A DNA stretch of 64,000 nucleotides, from the NCBI GenBank assembly GCA_043821365.1, contig JBDRCX010000006.1, forward strand, positions 672,001 to 736,000, given 5' to 3'. Of the stretch, positions 18,550-27,886 are shown one piece after another. Position 1 is the stretch's first letter, and each line of letters opens with the position of its first letter. The notes beneath the pieces were generated by a model. That model did not search any database. It was not told the origin of the DNA and saw nothing but the letters and a program-made list of their open reading frames with translations. Position numbers and translations under genes: made by a program. The DNA is from Candidatus Micrarchaeota archaeon (lineage in GTDB: Archaea > Micrarchaeota > Micrarchaeia > Anstonellales > Bilamarchaeaceae).

Positions 18550-19389
18550 TTATTTCTTTGGTATAACATCAAGTCTTCTTCTGTCTATTTCACCTGAATA
18601 ATAAGCATAAAGGGCAAGAACGTCTGTTGCATACTGAACCTTATTCGAACTTCCATTGTAATCTTCAAACAATTGCCTAAGCCTTTCGATATCCCTGAGT
18701 TCACTTCTCTCAGTATACCTGTTCCTGTCCACTCCTTTTAGTAAAAATGTTCTTGCAGCCCAGACTGCATTGTAAAGTGCTCTCTTGTGGTAAAGATATT
18801 CCATATCCTGTCTATCAACTGTGATCCTTCCATCTGTTCTCTGGACTCGTGGGGCTCTTACTACTCCTACAAATTCCTGGCCTCCGAATCTTTCCAGTTG
18901 TTCTTGTAATTGTTCTCGTTTTCTTTCTCTGTAATCCTGGTCTGGATGCATAAGCTCCATGATTGCAGATCTTGATGTTAATTGTAATATCCCAACCCCT
19001 CCAGCTCCTGATTTGAAATCAAAATCACTTTCCTGATCACATAATGCCAGCAAAAGCGATGGTTCTAATCCATGGAGGTGGGCTGAAACAAATAGGCTTG
19101 TAACTATGTAATTTAATTTCTCCTGATTTCTATCTCTGAATTTTTCATTTATTGTTCCTATTGCTCGTTCTATGCGTGGTCCATTATCTTCAAGATATTT
19201 TTTTATGTCTGCAGGTGTTGTATTATATTCTTGAAGGATATACCCAAGTTCATATTTGAATGATTGCCAGTACATGCCCATTTTTTGTTGCAGGCTTAAC
19301 GGAAGGGTTGTTTCTATTAGTCGTGCATTTCTTTCTGCCAATGCCTCTGATGTTGCTTGCGGCGGTTTTTTAACTACTGGCGCTGCCAT
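18550..19389 (-). CDS. Lytic transglycosylase (SLT)-domain protein
   Basis: EPSLLLALCDQESDF...GGVGILQLT...YNAVWAARTF...YNGS...YATDV follows the order of SLT motifs I-III. Confidence 0.7.
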   Translation of the reverse strand: MAAPVVKKPPQATSEALAERNARLIETTLPLSLQQKMGMYWQSFKYELGYILQEYNTTPADIKKYLEDNGPRIERAIGTINEKFRDRNQEKLNYIVTSLFVSAHLHGLEPSLLLALCDQESDFDFKSGAGGVGILQLTSRSAIMELMHPDQDYRERKREQLQEQLERFGGQEFVGVVRAPRVQRTDGRITVDRQDMEYLYHKRALYNAVWAARTFLLKGVDRNRYTERSELRDIERLRQLFEDYNGSSNKVQYATDVLALYAYYSGEIDRRRLDVIPKK

Positions 19390-19395
19390 GATAAT

Positions 19396-20823
19396 CTACG
19401 CTGTTTCCGGGCCTGCTCTTTCTGTTTTTGTTCCATAATCAGCAGCTTCAGCAGCCCACCAGTTTCCATATTTTTCTCTGACTTTTTCCTCTATTGGTTT
19501 TGACTCTTTTATTGCCTTTTGAACGTCTTTTTTATCTATGAATTCCTTATTATCAGTCTTTGCCATGTCTCCAGCCATCTTTATTATCCCACTTAAGTTT
19601 CTCAATCTTAATGTGAATCCTTTTACATTGTCAATTTTTCTTGCAATATTTCTTCCTTCTTCTACAATAAGCCCAACTGCTTTTTTGTCTGCATGTGGAA
19701 TTTTGCCATCCTTTATTATCTCCTGTGCTATAAATTGAAGCAGTTTATCCTCATTTTCTTTATTGTCTTCCATGTAAGCATTCATTAGAACTTCATATCC
19801 ATCCCCTCTTATACGAGATCGTAATGGCGGGACAATTGATTTCAAATCATTGATATTGCATGCTCCTACAAAGATAAATTCACAAGGCATTCCTTCAACT
19901 CTAACAGCTGCACCACTACTCATTGGATTCCTACCTACAATGGTGAACTGTTTCTCTTGCATTGCTGTTAGTATATGTCTTTGTATGTCTCCCAATGTTG
20001 CCAATTCATCTATAAACAAAACTCCTTCATGTGCCTCGTGAACTGCACCAGGCACTACTCTCATGTATGATGCTGTGCCTAAATTTGGATGGCCACCATA
20101 TGGATCATGTCTAATATCACCAAGAAGCTCTGTTTCACTTCCTCCACTTGCCTGTACAAATGTTGGTCTTTTCAGAGGAACCAAAACCTTCCTCTTTGAT
20201 TTTCTGCTCATTTCTTCTATTTTTTTTATTTCATCTTGTTTAAGCATAAGAATTTTACCTTCAGATGTTCTATCGTAAATAATTACTTCTTCTTTACCTG
20301 TCATATCTCTTCTTGTTGTTGCAACTCGCATCTTTTCTCCATCGGAGGGGAAATTGCCCTGTTGTGCCATGTTAAAGCGTTCAAACATATTTTTTTGTGC
20401 TTTTGTAGCTCCGCATTGTGGGCATATTGATTCTGTAAATGAACTTAATGCTGAACATCTTCTACACCGAAATCCAAATCTCTCAGATACAAATGTGGGT
20501 ACGTCATATGGTCCAACTTCGGTTCCAATTTGTTTCTCCTGTTTTTTATCTTTCTTAATCTGATTTTCGTCCCTAATCTCGATTATTGGTCTTTCTGGGT
20601 TTTCAGGATTATCCATAACTGAAACTTCATATATTGGTGTTGTAAGAACACTGGCTATTGCCTGTGCTATCATACTCTTTCCAGTACCTGGCGGTCCAAC
20701 TAATAACAAGTGTCTTCTTTGGTGCGGTACCATCTTTGCAATGTCAACAGCTTCTGGTTGGCCGATTATCTTTTCAAATGGATCTTTTGGTATTACTATA
20801 TCTTTTGTTGTTTCGAAATTCAT
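19396..20823 (-). CDS. LonB-like AAA+ ATPase with Zn-finger insertion, lacking the Lon protease domain
   Basis: IIGQ, GPPGTGKS, ELLGDIRHDPY, PGAVHEAHEGVLFIDE, LRSRIRGDGYE; CRRC/CPQC where LonB normally has TM helices. Confidence 0.8.
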   Translation of the reverse strand: MNFETTKDIVIPKDPFEKIIGQPEAVDIAKMVPHQRRHLLLVGPPGTGKSMIAQAIASVLTTPIYEVSVMDNPENPERPIIEIRDENQIKKDKKQEKQIGTEVGPYDVPTFVSERFGFRCRRCSALSSFTESICPQCGATKAQKNMFERFNMAQQGNFPSDGEKMRVATTRRDMTGKEEVIIYDRTSEGKILMLKQDEIKKIEEMSRKSKRKVLVPLKRPTFVQASGGSETELLGDIRHDPYGGHPNLGTASYMRVVPGAVHEAHEGVLFIDELATLGDIQRHILTAMQEKQFTIVGRNPMSSGAAVRVEGMPCEFIFVGACNINDLKSIVPPLRSRIRGDGYEVLMNAYMEDNKENEDKLLQFIAQEIIKDGKIPHADKKAVGLIVEEGRNIARKIDNVKGFTLRLRNLSGIIKMAGDMAKTDNKEFIDKKDVQKAIKESKPIEEKVREKYGNWWAAEAADYGTKTERAGPETA

Positions 20824-21129
20824 GATAGTATACCCCGACTAATGTTTATAATGTCTACTAAAACACATGGCTTACGCTGAAGAAATAAAATTCCTGGAAA
20901 CCGCATGGATTTCCAGGAGTGCTTTTTGGGAGGAATTGTGGCCAGCACTTGCCTTTAATTAGCATAAAAAAAAAGAAATTGCGCTAGAAGCCGGTCAAAG
21001 CCCCTAGCAGAGTGGGAGGATAACAAGTGAGAATGGATCATAAAATTGAGAGAGGCGGGAGGTAGACCCATTCTCAACCTTGCCATCAATATGAAAGAAA
21101 CCAAGGTTTCTTTCCAACTTCCTTGGCTT

Positions 21130-21558
21130 TTACTGAGGAAAGAAGTAAACCCTCTTCCCGACCTGCTGCTTTTTTAGCAGGTTCATTTCGCAAAGGCGAT
21201 TAAGCCTTGCCGATGCCGCGTTCTTACCTCGATAATTGAACTTTACTCGTACTTTTTCAGCAGTCACTTTTTCTGACTCCTTTACAAATGCGAATATTTG
21301 CTCGTCAATTTCTGATAGCGCAATTACATCTGTTTTTGACGGAGTTGCCCCCATCTTTGCATCTATTTGATCTAATTTTTGTAAGATGTTCTTGAGCAGT
21401 CTGTTTGTATTTTCTCGTTCTTCAAGCAAACGATAGGTCATTTCACCCAATATTACTGGGTCTTTGAACCTTTCCATGTACTGTTCGAGGTCATTTCGTA
21501 TTTCTTTGGTGAACGCGCTGTCAATAGATTTAAATTCTTTGTCGCTGTTGTCTTTCAT
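21130..21558 (-). CDS. Coiled-coil plus winged-HTH putative regulator
   Basis: C-terminal KNAASARLNRL...KKQQVGKRVYF wHTH-like segment. Confidence 0.6.
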   Translation of the reverse strand: MKDNSDKEFKSIDSAFTKEIRNDLEQYMERFKDPVILGEMTYRLLEERENTNRLLKNILQKLDQIDAKMGATPSKTDVIALSEIDEQIFAFVKESEKVTAEKVRVKFNYRGKNAASARLNRLCEMNLLKKQQVGKRVYFFPQ

Positions 21559-21804
21559 GAAGCATCACCGGTTGCGATAAAATCACGCAACTGTCATGAT
21601 ATGATCATGATACATTTATAAATCTAATTATATTGTTCTTAACGTCTAATCTTCGAGGTATTTTGATGAATCTAAAATCGAACACAATTAGTTAATTACT
21701 TCCACTTATTTTCCATAATACTTCAATTGGATTTTGTATGAATGGAGCCACGGTAAAGGTTAATTACTTAAAGTCTAACTTCCTAGCAATTTTAAGGTGA
21801 CCAT

Positions 21805-22350
21805 TTGTCAAAATTAAATTCCCTTGCAACTAGGATATGCTCTTCTTTTAAGTCACGTGATCAAAGAAAATTAAGAAAATTAAATGATGAAGTATTGAAA
21901 GTTAGTTATCTTGAATTTAATAGAATTACTTTTAATCTTGGAACTTTATCCTATGTGTTATCAAAAATAGTTTCCAAACCCAGATTTCTTAGTGTAAAGT
22001 ATTCCAGTTCATTAAAGACAATTGAAAAACAATTAGAAAAATTATCGCTTAGGATAGGTGGAGGTCAGGACGAAGAGATTCTATCTATATTTTCTGAACT
22101 TGAAAGAGCAATTGCTCATCTTGAAGATAAAGATCCACGATTTATTGTTGATCTTTTAACTAAGGGCAGATTGAAGATGGCAGCAACTTTTTATGCACAA
22201 GGAATGAGTCTCGGTGTTGCAGCAGATTCTACTGGTCTAGACAAACAAGAGATTCTTGATTATGCAGGAGAAACAATGATGTTTGATCGAATGAAAGACG
22301 AGATCAAAATCAATGAAAGGATGAAAGTTGCAAGAAAATTGATAAAGTGA
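21805..22350 (+). CDS. Hypothetical protein with C-terminal UPF0175-like HTH
   Basis: FYAQGMSLGVAADSTGLDKQEILDY resembles the UPF0175 antitoxin consensus. Confidence 0.5.
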   Translation: MSKLNSLATRICSSFKSRDQRKLRKLNDEVLKVSYLEFNRITFNLGTLSYVLSKIVSKPRFLSVKYSSSLKTIEKQLEKLSLRIGGGQDEEILSIFSELERAIAHLEDKDPRFIVDLLTKGRLKMAATFYAQGMSLGVAADSTGLDKQEILDYAGETMMFDRMKDEIKINERMKVARKLIK

Positions 22351-22354
22351 TTTT

Positions 22355-23035
22355 ATGGGAAGAGACATACTTTGTGATTCTGGTGCGTTGATTTCACTTA
22401 CATCTGCATGTCTAGATAATCTACTGTATTTTTTTGCAGAGAAATATCGTGTTCGTTTTATCATTCCACCTTCTGTTGAATACGAGGCAGTTCTACGACC
22501 ACTTCAAAGTGACCTGAGAAAACATCTTTTTTCAGCAATTCGATTAAAGGATGCAATAGAAGATGGCGTTATTGTAGTTGTTGATGCAAAAATTGAAGCA
22601 GAAGCGAGAAAACTGATGAATGCTGCAAATAATATGTTCTACATCAAAGGAAAACCAATCAAGCTTATTCATTATGGCGAATCTGAAATGCTTGCGCTAA
22701 CAAAAGAACTTGGTATTGATACCATCCTGATTGATGAGAGAACCACACGACTTCTTATTGAAGCTCCATTTAAGCTCAAGGAGCACCTGGAGAAGGAATT
22801 CGCAGTAAATGTCATGATAAATAAGAATGGTTTCAGAGACCTGGCATCACAAATTTCTAATCTAAAAAGTTTGAGAAGTAGCGAAATGGTGATGCTTGCA
22901 TATGAAACTGGCTATTTCAAAAACTTCCAAAAACTCCAAAAAGAAGCACTTGAAGCTGCACTTTATAAGATGAGGTATGCTGGCTGTTCAATTAGTTTTG
23001 AAGAGATCACTGACTATCTCGCAACGGTGAAATAA
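22355..23035 (+). CDS. PIN-domain protein (DUF3368/COG2405-like)
   Basis: ILCDSGALI, VEYEAV, HYGESEMLAL, ILIDERTTR acidic PIN motifs. Confidence 0.75.
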   Translation: MGRDILCDSGALISLTSACLDNLLYFFAEKYRVRFIIPPSVEYEAVLRPLQSDLRKHLFSAIRLKDAIEDGVIVVVDAKIEAEARKLMNAANNMFYIKGKPIKLIHYGESEMLALTKELGIDTILIDERTTRLLIEAPFKLKEHLEKEFAVNVMINKNGFRDLASQISNLKSLRSSEMVMLAYETGYFKNFQKLQKEALEAALYKMRYAGCSISFEEITDYLATVK

Positions 23036-23715
23036 TGCAGCAATTTCTAGAGTCTGAACCATCTAATAAAGTTAGAATTGCAATTGATCATAGGGAAGAT
23101 CAATTGTTTGATGAGATTTTTGAAAAATATGGGGCAGAAGTAGACAGGAGGGTTCTTGAAGTTGGGGATTTTCTCTGTTCTTCTCGTTTAGTTGTTGAAA
23201 GAAAAACAAGATCTGATTTCGAATCATCAGTAATTGACGGTAGGTTGTTTACTCAATTACCAAATTTAGTAAAAAATTACGAGAGAGTTGTTGTTATTGT
23301 GGAAGGAACAATGGATGATGCGAGAATAAGCCGCAGTGCATTGATTGGAGCATACTCAGCAATCATGGCAGATTTTGGAGCATCATTGATATTTACTAGG
23401 GATAAACAAGGAACAGCTGATTTAGTCTTTAATATTGCAAAGCATGAACAAATTGCCAAGAAAACACCAATGAGGATCTATGCAAAAAAACATGCACTCA
23501 CCCCTTCACAAGGTGCGCGTGCAATAGTTGAAATGCTTCCATCTATAGGTCCAAAACTTTCAAAATCACTTCTGAAACATTTTGGCACTGTGGAAGATCT
23601 GTTGAAAGCCAGTGAAAAGGATATTGCATTTGTTGTCGGTAAAAAAAGAGCCAAAATGATCAAGGATATTATATCCTATGTTTACATTGAAGATGAAGAT
23701 AGGTCAATGTATTAA
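23035..23715 (+). CDS. XPF/ERCC4 nuclease with HhH motifs
   Basis: IDHRE, LEVGDF, VVERKTRSDF, LPSIGPK, VVGKKRA. Confidence 0.9.
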   Translation: MQQFLESEPSNKVRIAIDHREDQLFDEIFEKYGAEVDRRVLEVGDFLCSSRLVVERKTRSDFESSVIDGRLFTQLPNLVKNYERVVVIVEGTMDDARISRSALIGAYSAIMADFGASLIFTRDKQGTADLVFNIAKHEQIAKKTPMRIYAKKHALTPSQGARAIVEMLPSIGPKLSKSLLKHFGTVEDLLKASEKDIAFVVGKKRAKMIKDIISYVYIEDEDRSMY

Positions 23716-23738
23716 TATTTTTTGTGTGAAGTATCCAT

Positions 23739-24629
23739 ATGCAAATCCCATGCAATGGTTTAACTATTGGTTTAGATTCTTCTAAAGGGGATATTGCATT
23801 TCTTTCGCATGCTCATTCTGATCATACAAATGGATTGAAAAGGCATAAACAAATTTTGTCAACCAAAGAAACTTTAGAACTTGCAAATCTCAATGTTGAT
23901 CCGTTTCCTCATCCGTCTGGTGTAGAAACAATAGAAGCAGGGCATATTTTAGGTGCAAAGCAATTAGTTGTTGACAATGATGGAGAAAAAATTGTCTATA
24001 CAGGTGATATCTGTGTTAAACCAAACATCTTTGGGATGAAAGCTGAAATTCCAAAATGTGATAGGCTAATCATGGAAGCTACTTACGGTAATCCTCGCTA
24101 TGTTTTTCCACCTGTTGAAGATGTTCATCAGATGGTTCACCAATGGATAAACGAAAATAAAGATAATAATCTGATTATTGGATGCTACGAACTTGGAAAA
24201 GCACAAGAAATGATCAAGATTCTTAATGAGTGTGGGGTTTCCCCTATTGTTCCTAACAAAACAGAGCATTTTTGTTCTATTTATGAAAAATATGGGGTAA
24301 AATTAGATAGAATTGAAGTTGGAACTGACGAAGCTGAAGAAACTATGAAAAAAAGTTTTGTTTCTATTGTTCCAATGAACAGAGCAAAAAGATATTTTGC
24401 ATATAAACTTGCCCAGGCTTTTGAAAGACCAACGTTTTGTGCAGTTGCAACTGGTTGGGCACTTCATCATAGGTTTGATACTGATGCTGCGTTTCCCCTG
24501 AGTGATCATGCTGATTTCAATGATTTGGTTGATTTTGTTGAACAATCAGAAGCAAAAAAAGTTGATTTCTTCTGTGGGGATGGTTCTGCTGTGCTGAAAG
24601 CCAGAAGGGGAGTTATTTTAAATAGTTGA
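23739..24629 (+). CDS. MBL-fold nuclease (beta-CASP-like, ligase-associated exonuclease type)
   Basis: SHAHSDH, AGHILGA, YTGD, MEATYG, YELGKAQE, LSDHADF. Confidence 0.85.
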   Translation: MQIPCNGLTIGLDSSKGDIAFLSHAHSDHTNGLKRHKQILSTKETLELANLNVDPFPHPSGVETIEAGHILGAKQLVVDNDGEKIVYTGDICVKPNIFGMKAEIPKCDRLIMEATYGNPRYVFPPVEDVHQMVHQWINENKDNNLIIGCYELGKAQEMIKILNECGVSPIVPNKTEHFCSIYEKYGVKLDRIEVGTDEAEETMKKSFVSIVPMNRAKRYFAYKLAQAFERPTFCAVATGWALHHRFDTDAAFPLSDHADFNDLVDFVEQSEAKKVDFFCGDGSAVLKARRGVILNS

Positions 24630-24755
24630 CTGCACTTTTATGTAAAGTTAGACACAGCTAACTAACTAGTTATGTTTAGTGATTTTACTAAACGAATTTT
24701 CGCAAAGCGAAAATCAACTAGCTAGTTTTGATGAAACTTTTCCAAAAAGTTTCAT

Positions 24756-24868
24756 GGCCACGATAGTATAATGCCTTGAACGGCATTCAAGATTTGCCTG
24801 CAAGGCATGCAATGGTAGTATAGGGGCTTGTGGAGCCCTAGGCCCGAGTTCGATTCTCGGTCGTGGCC
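24756..24868 (+). tRNA. tRNA-His(GTG) with encoded G-1 and a 41-nt intron (24772-24812) at 15/16
   Basis: G GCCACGA TA GTAT AA|TGGTA GTAT A GGGGC TT GTG GA GCCCT AGGC CCGAG TTCGATT CTCGG TCGTGGC C; BHB helix GUAU/AUGC, bulges AA|U and AA|U, intron stem GCCUUG/CAAGGC. Confidence 0.95.
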
Positions 24869-24952
24869 CTCTTCTTTTTTTGGAAAAAAGAACCAAAAAA
24901 CGTTTTTGTTAAAGGTAAAGCCAAAAACTGGTTGTTAAAAAGAAGCCAAAAA

Positions 24953-25384
24953 CTATTTTATCTCAAGACCTTTTCTAATTTTCAAAGCAATTTTTTCCAA
25001 TCTTTCTTGACTTGTTTCATCAACATCTCGTGATGGTAATTTGAATCCAAATCCATCTCCCCTATATCTAGGTATAATGTGCATATGCACGTGGAAGATG
25101 TCTTGACCAGCTTCAGCACCATCAGCTAAAATATAGTTTATCCCTCTACAATTAAGCTTAGATTTCTTTAGCCCCTTACCTATCTTTTTGGCCATAATTA
25201 GCATTTGACCAACTAATCTATCATCAAGTTCTGTGAGCAAATCAGTGTGTTTTTTAGGAATTACTAATACGTGTCCTTGGTTTATTGGTTTTATATCCAT
25301 AAAAGCAAGCATATTGTCGTCTTCGTAGACTGTGGTGCTTGGTAACTTTCCCCTTATAATCATACAAAAAATACATTCTGGCAT
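24953..25384 (-). CDS. HIT family hydrolase
   Basis: CIFC N-terminus; HVHMHIIPR triad. Confidence 0.93.
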   Translation of the reverse strand: MPECIFCMIIRGKLPSTTVYEDDNMLAFMDIKPINQGHVLVIPKKHTDLLTELDDRLVGQMLIMAKKIGKGLKKSKLNCRGINYILADGAEAGQDIFHVHMHIIPRYRGDGFGFKLPSRDVDETSQERLEKIALKIRKGLEIK

Positions 25385-25440
25385 ATATATCTTATTCCAA
25401 CATACTATATAATCCTAATTAATTTATAAAAAAAGAAAAA

Positions 25441-25773
25441 TTAGTTTCTTTCTTTGAAATCCATATCTATTCCACCGCCAATACCAAGTATAATATTGTA
25501 AACAGTGGCAGTTATCACACCGAATATAAACATTACTATTGCCCCTACAACGAGGCCAACTATTCCTATACCAATCATTATTACTACACCTATGATTGCT
25601 TGAACTGGATCAACTCCTGCCATCAGACCAACTAATGCAAGTATGATCCCAACAACTCCATAAATAACAAGGCAAATTAATCCTAAAACAAAAGACCAAA
25701 TAGCCAAAAGCCTTCCAAGAGAAATAGCTCCAATGTGTGTTAAGGTTACCTTCATATCAAGAATAAAGAACAC
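25441..25773 (-). CDS. Small membrane protein (DUF3566-like)
   Basis: Two to three TM helices; GGGIDMD C-terminus. Confidence 0.55.
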   Translation of the reverse strand: MFFILDMKVTLTHIGAISLGRLLAIWSFVLGLICLVIYGVVGIILALVGLMAGVDPVQAIIGVVIMIGIGIVGLVVGAIVMFIFGVITATVYNIILGIGGGIDMDFKERN

Positions 25774-26956
25774 TAACTTTATTTAAGATATCACCAAATT
25801 TCTTGATATCATCAACGGTGTTGTAAACATATGCACTTGCACGGACAGCACCATCATTAGCATCTACTGCCTCTGTTGCAGGTTGAGCACAGAAGAACCC
25901 GCTTCTAACTGCAATTTTCTCATTATCAAGAACCATTGCTAATTCATGTGGTTTTGCATTTTTGAGATTAAATGAATAAAGTGCACCTTGTTTTTTACCA
26001 GAACCGTAAATAGTTGCACCTACTTTGGTTAGCTGATCATAAAGTTCTTTTGCTAAATTTTGTTCATGTTTTTCAACATTTTCCATTCCTAATTTGTACA
26101 AATAATCACATGCAGCAGCAAATCCAAAAATTCCAGAATAGTTCTGTATTCCAGCTTCAAATCTCTCATAATTTTCTAAACTTTCGACGTTTTTAACAGT
26201 CACTGTTTTTACTGATCCACCGCCGACATTCAATGGCTCAAGGTTATTCATGTGTTCTTTTTTACATGCAATTGCTCCAATTCCAGTCGGACCAAGCATT
26301 TTGTGGGCAGAAAAACAAAGAAAGTCAATATGGTCTTTTTTGAAATCTGTTTTATGGTGTGGAACTCCCTGTGCACCATCAACGCATATAGAAGCACCAT
26401 GATCATGTGTTATTTTTGCTATTTCTTTAATATCTCTTCCAGTGCCTGTAAAATTATTCCAATTATTAATCACAACCAAACCAGTTTCTCTATCTATTAC
26501 ATTTGAAAAATCAATCTCACCATCTTTGTTGCAAGGTGCTATTTCAAGATGGATTTTCCTCTGTTCGTTTAATCTCATAAGAGGAAGTAAAACAGAATGA
26601 TGTTCCATTACACTTGTTACTACTTTTCTTTTTGTGTAATCAAAACCATTTACAATCAAATTCAATCCTTCTGTTGCATTCCTGGTCCAGATTATTTCTT
26701 CAGTGTGCGCATCAACAAATTTTGCAACTTTCCCTCTAGCTTCATCTAATTTTTTGTTTGTCTCTCTTCCTAATCTATGCGAACTTCTTCCAGCACACGC
26801 ACCGAATTTTTTATAATATTCTAATTCAGCTTCTATCACTTGGTTTGGTTTTAACGTTGTACAAGCATTATCTAGGTATAATAAATCTTCATTGTTTACT
26901 AAAATCGGAAAATCTTTTTTATCTATTTTCATTCCCACCACTGTCCAAATAAACAT
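25757..26956 (-). CDS. SufS-type cysteine desulfurase
   Basis: YLDNACTTLKP, MEHHS, DGAQ, FSAHKMLGPTG, RSGFFCAQP, RASAYVYN. Confidence 0.9.
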   Translation of the reverse strand: MFIWTVVGMKIDKKDFPILVNNEDLLYLDNACTTLKPNQVIEAELEYYKKFGACAGRSSHRLGRETNKKLDEARGKVAKFVDAHTEEIIWTRNATEGLNLIVNGFDYTKRKVVTSVMEHHSVLLPLMRLNEQRKIHLEIAPCNKDGEIDFSNVIDRETGLVVINNWNNFTGTGRDIKEIAKITHDHGASICVDGAQGVPHHKTDFKKDHIDFLCFSAHKMLGPTGIGAIACKKEHMNNLEPLNVGGGSVKTVTVKNVESLENYERFEAGIQNYSGIFGFAAACDYLYKLGMENVEKHEQNLAKELYDQLTKVGATIYGSGKKQGALYSFNLKNAKPHELAMVLDNEKIAVRSGFFCAQPATEAVDANDGAVRASAYVYNTVDDIKKFGDILNKVSVLYS

Positions 26957-27870
26957 CCAATTTCTTTTACTAAATCCTTTTCTTCTATTTCACATTTAAA
27001 TTGTTCTACTGTTTTTGGGCCAATTATTGGTTTATCATTAATGAAAAATGTTGGTGTAGCATAAATATGCGAATCTTTTCCTTGTTGTATGTATAATTCA
27101 AGTTCGTCAGTTGTTCTGTTATTATCATAACAGTCGTTAAATTTAGTCATGTCCAGTCCGGAACTATTGGCCAACTCCTTTATGTCAAGTACTCCATCAG
27201 TTATACAAACCTCTTGCATGCTGAATATATTATCCTGTAATTCAAGATGTTTTCCTTGGTCTCTTGCGCATAGAACAGCTTGTGCTGCTTCATAACTATA
27301 ATGGTGGTTTGGAAGTGGGAATGGTTTGAAAATATAGTAAACATCGTAATCATCTACAATCTGAAGTATTGGGGCCTCTGCTTTTTTGGTATATGGACAG
27401 ACAAAACAGCCAAATTCAACTATTTTTATACTTGCATTATCATTTCCAAAAGTTATTCCATCATACGAAGTTGGGGCTATCAAGTCTTTTGGTTCGCTAA
27501 ATCTTCCATAATCACCAGTTATATCATTTAGCACACAGCTATTTACACTGTCAGGACCATCACAATTTCCATAAACATAGAAATTATAAAGTCCGTAAAC
27601 TGTGTATGCAAAACTTCCGATTGTTAGAAGCACAAATATCCACGAGAAAATCATGAAATTTTTGTTCAATATTCTTGCTAAGAATGGTGAAAACTTCAAT
27701 AATTCGGTGACTAGTTTGGCCTTTATTATGTCATCTAATCCAGTATCGCATGGTTTGAAAGTTATCGTCCTAAAAACGCATTTAAGTCCTTCTTTTGCAA
27801 GTGGCCTATATTTTGCAGAAAAAATTGACAATACTGCAAATACAAAAAATGCGATTATACAAAGTACCAT
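26929..27870 (-). CDS. Membrane-anchored DsbA-like thioredoxin-fold protein
   Basis: EFGCFVCPYT, FPLPNH, ATPTFFIN; N-terminal TMs. Confidence 0.8.
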   Translation of the reverse strand: MVLCIIAFFVFAVLSIFSAKYRPLAKEGLKCVFRTITFKPCDTGLDDIIKAKLVTELLKFSPFLARILNKNFMIFSWIFVLLTIGSFAYTVYGLYNFYVYGNCDGPDSVNSCVLNDITGDYGRFSEPKDLIAPTSYDGITFGNDNASIKIVEFGCFVCPYTKKAEAPILQIVDDYDVYYIFKPFPLPNHHYSYEAAQAVLCARDQGKHLELQDNIFSMQEVCITDGVLDIKELANSSGLDMTKFNDCYDNNRTTDELELYIQQGKDSHIYATPTFFINDKPIIGPKTVEQFKCEIEEKDLVKEIGCLFGQWWE

Positions 27871-27886
27871 TTTTTCACCATATGTT

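Noticed and set aside
24714-24896. 60-aa minus-strand ORF
   Set aside because: Antisense to tRNA-His.
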